From positions 4,962,001 through 5,026,000 of the forward strand of contig OZ249436.1 of assembly GCA_965235115.1 (NCBI GenBank): DNA of 64,000 nucleotides. The letters run 5' to 3'. The position numbers were made by a program, and so were the translations under genes. Below the pieces are notes generated by a model, which was given only the letters and a program-made list of their open reading frames with translations, had not been told where the DNA came from and did no database searches. Every line of letters starts with the position of its first letter. Position 1 is the first letter of the stretch. This document shows, piece by piece, positions 15,001 to 28,400 of the stretch. The DNA is from Laetmonice hystrix. Taxonomy: Eukaryota.

Positions 15001-16125
15001 ACCTTGACGACAAACAGTCATCAAACCTTGCAACGTTGTTGGACGCTTACAGATGGTCTGTAGGGGACACAGATTAGATTGGAGTAGATGATAGACCAAA
15101 CGTATGGCCTGCCTCCTGGACAATAAAGGCATGAAAACATAAAACATGAGGCGTCCCTATACTACTGGCTACTCTTGTATTCAAGCAGACGGTACAGGAA
15201 GGCCAAACAGTACAGGGAGGAATCGCTACAAGGTATACTGGCTTGCCTAGCACCCAAGCGAACACTACAGTGAGGCCGAACAGTACACTGTGGGGCCAAA
15301 CAGTGTGGTAGGCCAACCAGTAGAGTGAGAAGTCCCTACATCTTACCCGTTGGCCTCTCGTAGCCATGCAAAAACTATACAGTGAGGTAGTATAAATGAA
15401 AGGTACAGGCGAGGAGCATCTAATGTTAAAATCTGGAGAAGATACTCGAATGTTAAGTGTACACATCACAACCATATATCTGTAGCGAACGTACGAGACC
15501 TATACGTTTGACAGTTATACATCTGGCCTAAGAATAATAATTTTTGGGGGCGTAGTTTCAATTCGACGTATCATTTTTCGCTTATCATTGCTTTAACCTG
15601 TCTCTCGCCTAAGAGCCACAGGTGCCTGCCAGCCCGGCCAGGTGTACGTGGTGATTCCACCGTTGGCCGGAAGGCGGCAGTGCAGTCAGCCTCGCCGCCG
15701 CCGCTGCGCTGCACCCTGGTGTTTTCTGCCTGCACCATCTCTGTGTAATCCTCCTTTGCTTGTTCGTTACTTGGCGATGGGATATCTAATATAGAAAAGG
15801 CGTACAACGTCATTTGCCATTGTTAACTAAACCTTGACGGCAAACAGTCATCAAACCTTGCAACGTTGTTGGACGCTTACAGATGGTCTGTAGGGGACAC
15901 AGATTAGATTGGAGTAGATGATAGACCAAACGTATGGCCTGCCTCCTGGACAATAAAGGCATGGAAACATAAAACATGAGGCGTCCCTATACTACTGGCT
16001 ACTCTTGTATTCAAGCAGACGGTACAGGAAGGCCAAACAGTACAGGGAGGAATCGCTACAAGGTATACTGGCTTGCCTAGCACCCAAGCGAACACTACAG
16101 GCTCGACCACCAAAGCTCCTTTTTT

Positions 16126-16459
16126 AGGGGAGTGGCGGTGGCCTAGTGGGCATGGATGTCAACACCTTATGCTATGCGAATGGGTGCAGTAATCTTAGGG
16201 CCTGGGTTCGATTCCTGTAGAGGACTATACAACTTTTCTCTTTAGGGACATTGTCAAAGTAATTGGGTTACCCCTGATGCCCGTGCATTTCAAAAGAAAA
16301 ATACAGTCTACGCCAGTGCCAGGATTACCTTAACAGTCAATGTTCGGTAGAAATCATGTGTAGCTCTAACTAGGAAAATATGGATTCCGTCTCATTTCAA
16401 AAAGATGTGTGTAGGGGGGAGGGTCCATTGTCCTGCTCGACCACCAAAGCTCCTTTTTT
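16126..16459 (+). ncRNA. Putative 334-nt Pol III transcript (monomer from AGGGGAG to TTTTTT), predicted rod-like fold
   Basis: A box TGGCCTAGTGG at 16139-16149, B box GGTTCGATTCC at 16205-16215, and a T6 run ending each unit immediately before the next head. Extensive self-complementarity across the unit was seen by eye. Transcription is not shown, and an internal TTTT at 16234-16237 could terminate early. Confidence 0.55.
16139..16215 (+). promoter_or_regulatory. Type-2 RNA polymerase III internal promoter (A and B boxes), repeated in each 334-bp copy
   Basis: TGGCCTAGTGG matches the A-box consensus TRGCNNARYNG. GGTTCGATTCC matches the B-box consensus GGTTCGANTCC. The boxes are 55 nt apart. 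Confidence 0.75.
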
Positions 16460-19400
16460 AGGGGAGTGGCGGTGGCCTAGTGGGCATGGATGTCAACACC
16501 TTATGCTATGCGAATGGGTGCAGTAATCTTAGGGCCTGGGTTCGATTCCTGTAGAGGACTATACAACTTTTCTCTTTAGGGACATTGTCAAAGTAATTGG
16601 GTTACCCCTGATGCCCGTGCATTTCAAAAGAAAAATACAGTCTACGCCAGTGCCAGGATTACCTTAACAGTCAATGTTCGGTAGAAATCATGTGTAGCTC
16701 TAACTAGGAAAATATGGATTCCGTCTCATTTCAAAAAGATGTGTGTAGGGGGGAGGGTCCATTGTCCTGCTCGACCACCAAAGCTCCTTTTTTAGGGGAG
16801 TGGCGGTGGCCTAGTGGGCATGGATGTCAACACCTTATGCTATGCGAATGGGTGCAGTAATCTTAGGGCCTGGGTTCGATTCCTGTAGAGGACTATACAA
16901 CTTTTCTCTTTAGGGACATTGTCAAAGTAATTGGGTTACCCCTGATGCCCGTGCATTTCAAAAGAAAAATACAGTCTACGCCAGTGCCAGGATTACCTTA
17001 ACAGTCAATGTTCGGTAGAAATCATGTGTAGCTCTAACTAGGAAAATATGGATTCCGTCTCATTTCAAAAAGATGTGTGTAGGGGGGAGGGTCCATTGTC
17101 CTGCTCGACCACCAAAGCTCCTTTTTTAGGGGAGTGGCGGTGGCCTAGTGGGCATGGATGTCAACACCTTATGCTATGCGAATGGGTGCAGTAATCTTAG
17201 GGCCTGGGTTCGATTCCTGTAGAGGACTATACAACTTTTCTCTTTAGGGACATTGTCAAAGTAATTGGGTTACCCCTGATGCCCGTGCATTTCAAAAGAA
17301 AAATACAGTCTACGCCAGTGCCAGGATTACCTTAACAGTCAATGTTCGGTAGAAATCATGTGTAGCTCTAACTAGGAAAATATGGATTCCGTCTCATTTC
17401 AAAAAGATGTGTGTAGGGGGGAGGGTCCATTGTCCTGCTCGACCACCAAAGCTCCTTTTTTAGGGGAGTGGCGGTGGCCTAGTGGGCATGGATGTCAACA
17501 CCTTATGCTATGCGAATGGGTGCAGTAATCTTAGGGCCTGGGTTCGATTCCTGTAGAGGACTATACAACTTTTCTCTTTAGGGACATTGTCAAAGTAATT
17601 GGGTTACCCCTGATGCCCGTGCATTTCAAAAGAAAAATACAGTGAGGCCGAACAGTACACTGTGGGGCCAAACAGTGTGGTAGGCCAACCAGTAGAGTGA
17701 GAAGTCCCTACATCTTACCCGTTGGCCTCTCGTAGCCATGCAAAAACTACAGTGAGGTAGTATAAACGAAAGGTACAGGCGAGGAGCATCTAATGTTAAA
17801 ATCTGGAGAAGATACTCGAATGTTAAGTGTACACATCACAACCATATATCTATAGCGAACGTACGAGACCTATACGTTTGACAGTTATACATCTGGCCTA
17901 AGAATCATAATTTTTGGGGACGTAGTTTCAATTCGACGTATCATTTTTCGCTTATCATTGCTTTAACCTGTCTCTCGCCTAAGAGCCACAGGTGCCTGCC
18001 AGCCCGGCCAGGTGTACGTGGTGATTCCACCGTTGGCCGGAAGGCGGCAGTGCAGTCAGCCTCGCCGCCGCCGCTGCGCTGCACCCTGGTGTTTTCTGCC
18101 TGCACCATCTCTGTGTAATCCTCCTTTGCTTGTTCGTTACTTGGCGATGGGATATCTAATATAGAAAAGGCGTACAACGTCATTTGCCATTGTTAACTAA
18201 ACCTTGACGGCAAACAGTCATCAAACCTTGCAACGTTGTTGGACGCTTACAGATGGTCTGTAGGGGACACAGATTAGATTGGAGTAGATGATAGACCAAA
18301 CGTATGGCCTGCCTCCTGGACAATAAAGGCATGGAAACATAAAACATGAGGCGTCCCTATACTACTGGCTACTCTTGTATTCAAGCAGACGGTACAGGAA
18401 GGCCAAACAGTACAGGGAGGAATCGCTACAAGGTATACTGGCTTGCCTAGCACCCAAGCGAACACTACAGTGAGGCCGAACAGTACACTGTGGGGCCAAA
18501 CAGTGTGGTAGGCCAACCAGTAGAGTGAGAAGTCCCTACATCTTACCCGTTGGCCTATCGTAGCCATGCAAAAACTACAGTGAGGTAGTATAAACGAAAG
18601 GTACAGGCGAGGAGCATCTAATGTTAAAATCTGGAGAAGATACTCGAATGTTAAGTGTACACATCACAACCATATATCTATAGCGAACGTACGAGACCTA
18701 TACGTTTGACAGTTATACATCTGGCCTAAGAATCATAATTTTTGGAGACGTAGTTTCAATTCGACGTATCATTTTTCGCTTATCATTGCTTTAACCTGTC
18801 TCTCGCCTAAGAGCCACAGGTGCCTGCCAGCCCGGCCAGGTGTACGTGGTGATTCCACCGTTGGCCGGAAGGCGGCAGTGCAGTCAGCCTCGCCGCCGCC
18901 GCTGCGCTGCACCCTGGTGTTTTCTGCCTGCACCATCTCTGTGTAGTCCTTCTTTGCTTGTTCGTTACTTGGCGATGGGATATCTAATATAGAAAAGGCG
19001 TACAACGTCATTTGCCATTGTTAACTAAACCTTGACGGCAAACAGTCATCAAACCTTGCAACGTTGTTGGACGCTTACAGATGGTCTGTAGGGGACACAG
19101 ATTAGATTGGAGTAGATGATAGACCAAACGTATGGCCTGCCTCCTGGACAATAAAGGCATGAAAACATAAAACATGAGGCGTCCCTATACTACTGGCTAC
19201 TCTTGTATTCAAGCAGACGGTACAGGAAGGCCAAACAGTACAGGGAGGAATCGCTACAAGGTATACTGGCTTGCCTAGCACCCAAGCGAACACTACAGTG
19301 AGGCCGAACAGTACACTGTGGGGCCAAACAGTGTGGTAGGCCAACCAGTAGAGTGAGAAGTCCCTACATCTTACCCGTTGGCCTCTCGTAGCCATGCAAA

Positions 19401-22400
19401 AACTACAGTGAGGTAGTATAAACGAAAGGTACAGGCGAGGAGCATCTAATGTTAAAATCTGGAGAAGATACTCGAATGTTAAGTGTACACATCACAACCA
19501 TATATCTATAGCGAACGTACGAGACCTATACGTTTGACAGTTATACATCTGGCCTAAGAATCATAATTTTTGGGGACGTAGTTTCAATTCGACGTATCAT
19601 TTTTCGCTTATCATTGCTTTAACCTGTCTCTCGCCTAAGAGCCACAGGTGCCTGCCAGCCCGGCCAGGTGTACGTGGTGATTCCACCGTTGGCCGGAAGG
19701 CGGCAGTGCAGTCAGCCTCGCCGCCGCCGCTGCGCTGCACCCTGGTGTTTTCTGCCTGCACCATCTCTGTGTAATCCTTCTTTGCTTGTTCGTTACTTGG
19801 CGATGGGATATCTAATATAGAAAAGGCGTACAACGTCATTTGCCATTGTTAACTAAACCTTGACGGCAAACAGTCATCAAACCTTACAACGTTGTCGGAC
19901 GCTTACAGATGGTCTGTAGGTGACACAGATTAGATTGGAGTAGATGATAGACCAAACGTATGGCCTGCCTCCTGGACAATAAAGGCATGGAAACATAAAA
20001 CATGAGGCGTCCCTATACTACTGGCTAGTCTTGTATTCAAGCAGACGGTACAGGAAGGCCAAACAGTACAGGGAGGAATCGCTACAAGGTATACTGGCTT
20101 GCCTAGCACCCAAGCGAACACTACAGTGAGGCCGAACAGTACACTGTGGGGCCAAACAGTGTGGTAGGCCAACCAGTAGAGTGAGAAGTCCCTACATCTT
20201 ACCCGTTGGCCTCTCGTAGCCATGCAAAAACTACAGTGAGGTAGTATAAATGAAAGGTACAGGCGAGGAGCATCTAATGTTAAAATCTGGAGAAGATACT
20301 CGAATGTTAAGTGTACACATCACAACCATATATCTATAGCGAACGTACGAGACCTATACGTTTGACAGTTATACATCTGGCCTAAGAATCAAAATTTTTG
20401 GGGGCGTAGTTTCAATTCGACGTATCATTTTTCGCTTATCATTGCTTTAACCTGTCTCTCGCCTAAGAGCCACAGGTGCCTGCCAGCCCGGCCAGGTGTA
20501 CGTGGTGATTCCACCGTTGGCCGGAAGGCGGCAGTGCAGTCAGCCTCGCCGCCGCCGCTGCGCTGCACCCTGGTGTTTTCTGCCTGCACCATCTCTGTGT
20601 AATCCTTCTTTGCTTGTTCGCTACTTGGCGATGGGATATCTAATATAGAAAAGGCGTACAACGTCATTTGCCATTGTTAACTAAACCTTTACGGCAAACA
20701 GTCATCAAACCTTAGAACGTTGTCGGACGCTTACAGATGGTCTGTAGGGGACACAGATTAGATTGGAGTAGATGATAGACCAAACGTATGGCCTGCCTCC
20801 TGGACAATAAAGGCATGGAAACATAAAACATGAGGCGTCCCTATACTACTGGCTAGTCTTGTATTCAAGCAGACGGTACAGGAAGGCCAAACAGTACAGG
20901 GAGGAATCGCTACAAGGTATACTGGCTTGCCTAGCACCCAAGCGAACACTACAGTGAGGCCGAACGGTACACTGTGGGGCCAAACAGTGTGGTAGGCCAA
21001 CCAGTAGAGTGAGAAGTCCCTACATCTTACCCGTTGGCCTCTCGTAGCCATGCAAAAACTACAGTGAGGTAGTATAAATGACAGGTACAGGCGAGGAGCA
21101 TCTAATGTTAAAATCTGGAGAAGATACTCGAATGTTAAGTGTACACATCACAACCATATATCTATAGCGAACGTACGAGACCTATACGTTTGACAGTTAT
21201 ACATCTGGCCTAAGAATCATAATTTTTGGGGGCGTACTTTCAATTCGACGTATCATTTTTCGCTTATCATTGCTTTAACCTGTCTCTCGCCTAAGAGCCA
21301 CAGGTGCCTGCCAGCCCGGCCAGGTGTACGTGGTGATTCCACCGTTGGCCGGAAGGCGGCAGTGCAGTCAGCCTCGCCGCCGCCGCTGCGCTGCACCCTG
21401 GTGTTTTCTGCCTGCACCATCTCTGTGTAATCCTTCTTTGCTTGTTCGTTACTTGGCGATGGGATATCTAATATAGAAAAGGCGTACAACGTCATTTGCC
21501 ATTGTTAACTAAACCTTGACGGCAAACAGTCATCAAACCTTGCAACGTTGTCGGACGCTTACAGATGGTCTGTAGGGGACACAGATTAGATTGGAGTAGA
21601 TGATAGACCAAACGTATGGCCTGCCTCCTGGACAATAAAGGCATGGAAACATAAAACATGAGGCGTCCCTATACTACTGGCTAGTCTTGTATTCAAGCAG
21701 ACGGTACAGGAAGGCCAAACAGTACAGGGAGGAATCGCTACAAGGTATACTGGCTTGCCTAGCACCCAAGCGAACACTACAGTGAGGCCGAACAGTACAC
21801 TGTGGGGCCAAACAGTGTGGTAGGCCAACCAGTAGATTGAGAAGTCCCTACATCTTACCCGTTGGCCTCTCGTAGCCATGCAAAAACTACAGTGAGGTAG
21901 TATAAATGAAAGGTACAGGCGGGGAGCATCTAATGTTAAAATCTGGAGAAGATACTCGAATGTTAAGTGTACACATCACAACCATATATCTGTAGCGAAC
22001 GTACGAGACCTATACGTTTGACAGTTATACATCTGGCCTAAGAATAATAATTTTAGGGGGCGTAGTTTCAATTCGACGTATCATTTTTCGCTTATCATTG
22101 CTTTAACCTGTCTCTCGCCTAAGAGCCACAGGTGCCTGCCAGCCCGGCCAGGTGTACGTGGTGATTCCACCGTTGGCCGGAAGGCGGCAGTGCAGTCAGC
22201 CTCGCCGCCGTCGCTGCGCTGCACCCTGGTGTTTTCTGCCTGCACCATCTCTGTGTAATCCTTCTTTGCTTGTTCGCTACTTGGCGATGGGATATCTAAT
22301 ATAGAAAAGGCGTACAACGTCATTTGCCATTGTTAACTAAACCTTTACGGCAAACAGTCATCAAACCTTAGAACGTTGTCGGACGCTTACAGATGGTCTG

Positions 22401-25400
22401 TAGGGGACACAGATTAGATTGGAGTAGATGATAGACCAAACGTATGGCCTGCCTCCTGGACAATAAAGGCATGGAAACATAAAACATGAGGCGTCCCTAT
22501 ACTACTGGCTAGTCTTGTATTCAAGCAGACGGTACAGGAAGGCCAAACAGTACAGGGAGGAATCGCTACAAGGTATACTGGCTTGCCTAGCACCCAAGCG
22601 AACACTACAGTGAGGCCGAACAGTACACTGTGGGGCCAAACAGTGTGGTAGGCCAACCAGTAGAGTGAGAAGTCCCTACATCTTACCCGTTGGCCTCTCG
22701 TAGCCATGCAAAAACTACAGTGAGGTAGTATAAATGAAAGGTACAGGCGAGGAGCATCTAATGTTAAAATCTGGAGAAGATACTCGAATGTTAAGTGTAC
22801 ACATCACAACCATATATCTATAGCGAACGTACGAGACCTATACGTTTGACAGTTATACATCTGGCCTAAGAATCATAATTTTTGGGGACGTAGTTTCAAT
22901 TCGACGTATCATTTTTCGCTTATCATTGCTTTAACCTGTCTCTCGCCTAAGAGCCACAGGTGCCTGCCAGCCCGGCCAGGTGTACGTGGTGATTCCACCG
23001 TTGGCCGGAAGGCGGCAGTGCAGTCAGCCTCGCCGCCGCCGCTGCGCTGCACCCTGGTGTTTTCTGCCTGCACCATCTCTGTGTAATTCTTCTTTGCTTG
23101 TTCGTTACTTGGCGATGGGATATCTAATATAGAAAAGGCGTACAACGTCATTTGCCATTGTTAACTAAACCTTGACGGCAAACAGTCATCAAACCTTGCA
23201 ACGTTGTCGGACGCTTACAGATGGTCTGTAGGGGACACAGATTAGATTGGAGTAGATGATAGACCAAACGTATGGCCTGCCTCCTGGACAATAAAGGCAT
23301 GGAAACATAAAACATGAGGCGTCCCTATACTACTGGCTACTCTTGTATTCAAGCAGACGGTACAGGAAGGCCAAACAGTACAGGGAGGAATCGCTACAAG
23401 GTATACTGGCTTGCCTAGCACCCAAGCGAACACTACAGTGAGGCCGAACAGTACACTGTGGGGCCAAACAGTGTGGTAGGCCAACCAGTAGAGTGAGAAG
23501 TCCCTACATCTTACCCGTTGGCCTCTCGTAGCCATGCAAAAACTACAGTGAGGTAGTATAAATGAAAGGTACAGGCGAGGAGCATCTAATGTTAAAATCT
23601 GGAGAAGATACTCGAATGTTAAGTGTACACATCACAACCATATATCTATAGCGAACGTACGAGACCTATACGTTTGACAGTTATACATCTGGCCTAAGAA
23701 TCATAATTTTTGGGGACGTAGTTTCAATTCGACGTATCATTTTTCGCTTATCATTGCTTTAACCTGTCTCTCGCCTAAGAGCCACAGGTGCCTGCCAGCC
23801 CGGCCAGGTGTACGTGGTGATTCCACCGTTGGCCGGAAGGCGGCAGTGCAGTCAGCCTCGCCGCCGCCGCTGCGCTGCACCCTGGTGTTTTCTGCCTGCA
23901 CCATCTCTGTGTAATCCTTCTTTGCTTGTTCGTTACTTGGCGATGGGATATCTAATATAGAAAAGGCGTACAACGTCATTTGCCATTGTTAACTAAACCT
24001 TGACGGCAAACAGTCATCAAACCTTGCAACGTTGTCGGACGCTTACAGATGGTCTGTAGGGGACACAGATTAGATTGGAGTAGATGATAGACCAAACGTA
24101 TGGCCTGCCTCCTGGACAATAAAGGCATGGAAACATAAAACATGAGGCGTCCCTATACTACTGGCTACTCTTGTATTCAAGCAGACGGTACAGGAAGGCC
24201 AAACAGTACAGGGAGGAATCGCTACAAGGTATACTGGCTTGCCTAGCACCCAAGCGAACACTACAGTGAGGCCGAACAGTACACTGTGGGGCCAAACAGT
24301 GTGGTAGGCCAACCAGTAGAGTGAGAAGTCCCTACATCTTACCCGTTGGCCTCTCGTAGCCATGCAAAAACTACAGTGAGGTAGTATAAATGAAAGGTAC
24401 AGGCGGGGAGCATCTAATGTTAAAATCTGGAGAAGATACTCGAATGTTAAGTGTACACATCACAACCATATATCTGTAGCGAACGTACGAGACCTATACG
24501 TTTGACAGTTATACATCTGGCCTAAGAATCATAATTTTTCGGGGCGTAGTTTCAATTTGACGGATCATTTTTCGCTTATCATTGCTTTAACCTGTCTCTC
24601 GCCTAAGAGCCACAGGTGCCTGCCAGCCCGGCCAGGTGTACGTGGTGATTCCACCGTTGGCCGGAAGGCGGCAGTGCAGTCAGCCTCGCCGCCGTCGCTG
24701 CGCTGCACCCTGGTGTTTTCTGCCTGCACCATCTCTGTGTAATCCTTCTTTGCTTGTTCGCTACTTGGCGATGGGATATCTAATATAGAAAAGGCGTACA
24801 ACGTCATTTGCCATTGTTAACTAAACCTTTACGGCAAACAGTCATCAAACCTTACAACGTTGTCGGACGCTTACAGATGGTCTGTAGGGGACACACATTA
24901 GATTGGAGTAGATGATAGACCAAACGTATGGCCTGCCTCCTGGACAATAAAGGCATGGAAACATAAAACATGAGGCGTCCCTATACTACTGGCTAGTCTT
25001 GTATTCAAGCAGACGGTACAGGAAGGCCAAACAGTACAGGGAGGAATCGCTACAAGGTATACTGGCTTGCCTAGCACCCAAGCGAACACTACAGTGAGGC
25101 CGAACAGTACACTGTGGGGCCAAACAGTGTGGTAGGCCAACCAGTAGAGTGAGAAGTCCGTACATCTTACCCGTTGGCCTCTCGTAGCCATGCAAAAACT
25201 ACAGTGAGGTAGTATAAATGAAAGGTACAGGCGAGGAGCATCTAATGTTAAAATCTGGAGAAGATACTCGAATGTTAAGTGTACACATCACAACCATATA
25301 TCTATAGCGAACGTACGAGACCTATACGTTTGACAGTTATACATCTGGCCTAAGAATCATAATTTTTGGGGACGTAGTTTCAATTCGACGTATCATTTTT

Positions 25401-28400
25401 CGCTTATCATTGCTTTAACCTGTCTCTCGCCTAAGAGCCACAGGTGCCTGCCAGCCCGGCCAGGTGTACGTGGTGATTCCACCGTTGGCCGGAAGGCGGC
25501 AGTGCAGTCAGCCTCGCCGCCGTCGCTGCGCTGCACCCTGGTGTTTTCTGCCTGCATCATCTCTGTGTAATCCTTCTTTGCTTGTTCGTTACTTGGCGAT
25601 GGGATATCTAATATAGAACAGGCGTACAACGTCATTTGCCATTGTTAACTAAACCTTGACGGCAAACAGTCATCAAACCTTGCAACGTTGTCGGACGCTT
25701 ACAGATGGTCTGTAGGGGACACAGATTAGATTGGAGTAGATGATAGACCAAACGTATGGCCTGCCTCCTGGACAATAAAGGCATGGAAACATAAAACATG
25801 AGGCGTCCCTATACTACTGGCTAGTCTTGTATTCAAGCAGACGGTACAGAAAGGCCAAACAGTACAGGGAGGAATCGCTACAAGGTATACTGGCTTGCCT
25901 AGCACCCAAGCAAACACTACAGTGAGGCCGAACAGTACACTGTGGGGCCAAACAGTGTGGTAGGCCAACCAGTAGAGTGAGAAGTCCCTACATCTTACCC
26001 GTTGGCCTCTCGTAGCCATGCAAAAACTACAGTGAGGTAGCATAAATGAAAGGTACAGGCGAGGAGCAGCTAATGTTAAAATCTGGAGAAGATACTCGAA
26101 TGTTAAGTGTACACATCACTTGTAACCATATATCTGTAGCGAACGTACGACACCTATACATTTGACAGTTATACATCTGGCCTAAGAATCATAATTTTTG
26201 GGGGCGTAGTTTCAATTCGACGTATCATTTTTCGCTTATCATTGCTTTTACCTGTCTCTCGCCTAAGAGCCACAGGTGCCTGCCAGCCCGGCCAGGTGTA
26301 CGTGGTGATTCCACCGTTGGCCGGAAGGCGGCAGTGCAGTCAGCCTCGTCGCCGTCGCTGCGCTGCATCCTGGTGTTTTCTGCCTGCACCATCTCTGTGT
26401 AATCCTTCTTTGCTTGTTCGTTACTTGGCGATGGGATATCTAATATAGAAAAGGCGTACAACGTCATTTGCCATTGTTAACTAAACCTTGACGGCAAACA
26501 GTCATCAAACCTTGCAACGTTGTCGGACGCTTACAGATGGTCTGTAGGGGACACAGATTAGATTGGAGTAGATGATAGACCAAACGTATGGCCTGCCTCC
26601 TGGACAATAAAGGCATGGAAACATAAAACATGAGGCGTCCCTATACTACTGGCTAGTCTTGTATTCAAGCAGACGGTACAGGAAGGCCAAACAGTACAGG
26701 GAGGAATCGCTACAAGGTATACTGGCTTGCCTAGCAACCAAGCGAACACTACAGTGAGGCCGAACAGTACACTGTGGGGTCAAACAGTGTGGTAGGCCAA
26801 CCAGTAGAGTGAAAAGTCCCTACATCTTACCCGTTGGCCTCTCGTAGCCATGCAAAAACTACAGTGAGGTAGCATAAATGAAAGGTACAGGCGAGGAGCA
26901 GCTAATGTTAAAATCTGGAGAAGATACTCGAATGTTAAGGGTACACATCACTTGTAACCATATATCTGTAGCGAACGTACGAAACCTATACGTTTGACAG
27001 TTATACATCTGGCCTAAGAATCATAATTTTTGGGGGCGTAGTTTCAATTCGACGTATCATTTTTCGCTTATCATTGCTTTAACCTGTCTCTCGCCTAAGA
27101 GCCACAGGTGCCTGCCAGCCCGGCCAGGTGTACGTGGTGATTCCACCGTTGGCCGGAAGGCGGCAGTGCAGTCAGCCTCGCCGCCGTCGCTGCGCTGCAC
27201 CCTATTGTTTTCTGCCTGCACCATCTCTGTGTAGGGCCTCATCCTTCTTTGCTTGTTCGTTACTTGGCGATGGGATATCTAATATAGAAAAGGCGTACAA
27301 CGTCATTTGCCATTGTTAACTAAACCTTGACGGCAAACAGTCATCAAACCATGCAACGTTGTTGGACGCTTACAGATGGTCTGTAGGCGACACAGATTAG
27401 ATTGGAGTAGATGATAGACCAAACGTATGGCCTGCCTCCTGGACAATAAAGGCATGGAAACATAAAACATGAGGCGTCCCTATACTACTGGCTAGTCTTG
27501 TATTCAAGCAGACGGTACAGGAAGGCCAAACAGTACAGGGAGGAATCGCTACAAGGTATACTGGCTTGCCTAGCACCCAAGCGAACACTACAGTGAGGCC
27601 GAACAGTACACTGTGGGGCCAAACAGTGTGGTAGGCCAACCAGTAGAGTGAAAAGTCCCTACATCTTACCCGTTGGCCTCTCGTAGCCATGCAAAAACTA
27701 CAGTGAGGTAGTATAAATGAAAGGTACAGGCGAGGAGCATCTAATGTTAAAATCTGGAGACGATGCTCGAATGTTAAGTGTACACATCACAACCATATAT
27801 CTGTAGCGAACGTACGAGACCTATACGTTTGACAGTTATACATCTGGCCTAAGAATCATAATTTTAGGGGGCGTACTTTCAATTCGACGTATCACTTTTC
27901 GCTTATCATTGCTTTAACCTGTCTCTCGCCTAAGAGCCACAGGTGCCTGCCAGCCCGGCCAGGTGTACGTGGTGATTCCACCGTTGGCCGGAAGGCGGCA
28001 GTGCAGTCAGCCTCGCCGCCGTCGCTGCGCTGCACCCTGGTGTTTTCTGCCTGCACCATCTCTGTGTAATCCTTCTTTGCTTGTTCGCTACTTGGCGATG
28101 GGATATCTAATATAGAAAAGGCGTACAACGTCATTTGCCATTGTTAACTAAACCTTGACGGCAAACAGTCATCAAACCTTGCAACGTTGTCGGACGCTTA
28201 CAGATGGTCTGTAGGGGACACAGATTAGATTGGAGTAGATGATAGACCAAACGTATGGCCTGCCTCCTGGACAATAAAGGCATGGAAACATAAAACATGA
28301 GGCGTCCCTATACTACTGGCTAGTCTTGTATTGAAGCAGACGGTACAGGAAGGCCAAACAGTACAGGGAGGAATCGCTACAAGGTATACTGGCTTGCCTA

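Larger units (their letters stand above)
16101..17642 (+). mobile_element. Concatemeric insertion: 4.6 identical copies of a 334-bp SINE-like unit with a tRNA-type promoter
   Basis: GCTCGACCACC recurs at 16101, 16435, 16769, 17103 and 17437 (period 334). The last copy stops after 206 bp at ...AAAAGAAAAATACAG. The host unit is split at AACACTACAG|TGAGGCCG. TACAG lies on both sides (16096-16100 and 17638-17642), as a 5-bp TSD or 3' microhomology. Confidence 0.9.

Noticed and set aside
16148..16188. HDV-like ribozyme suggested by GCGAATGGG
   Set aside because: No matching P2, P3, L3 or P1.1 elements upstream in the unit.
16126..16224. Functional tRNA gene cluster
   Set aside because: A and B boxes are present, but there is no acceptor stem or anticodon arm.
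16274..16310. Hammerhead ribozyme (CTGATG...GAAA...GTC) in the 334-nt unit
   Set aside because: The core reads CTGATGC, not CTGANGA, and stems I, II and III do not form. There is no CTGANGA on either strand. A non-canonical ribozyme cannot be excluded without an assay.
16101..17642. Helitron tandem array or tyrosine-recombinase circle integration
   Set aside because: There is no CTRR end or A|T target, and the left junction is not the reciprocal product of recombination at TACAGT.
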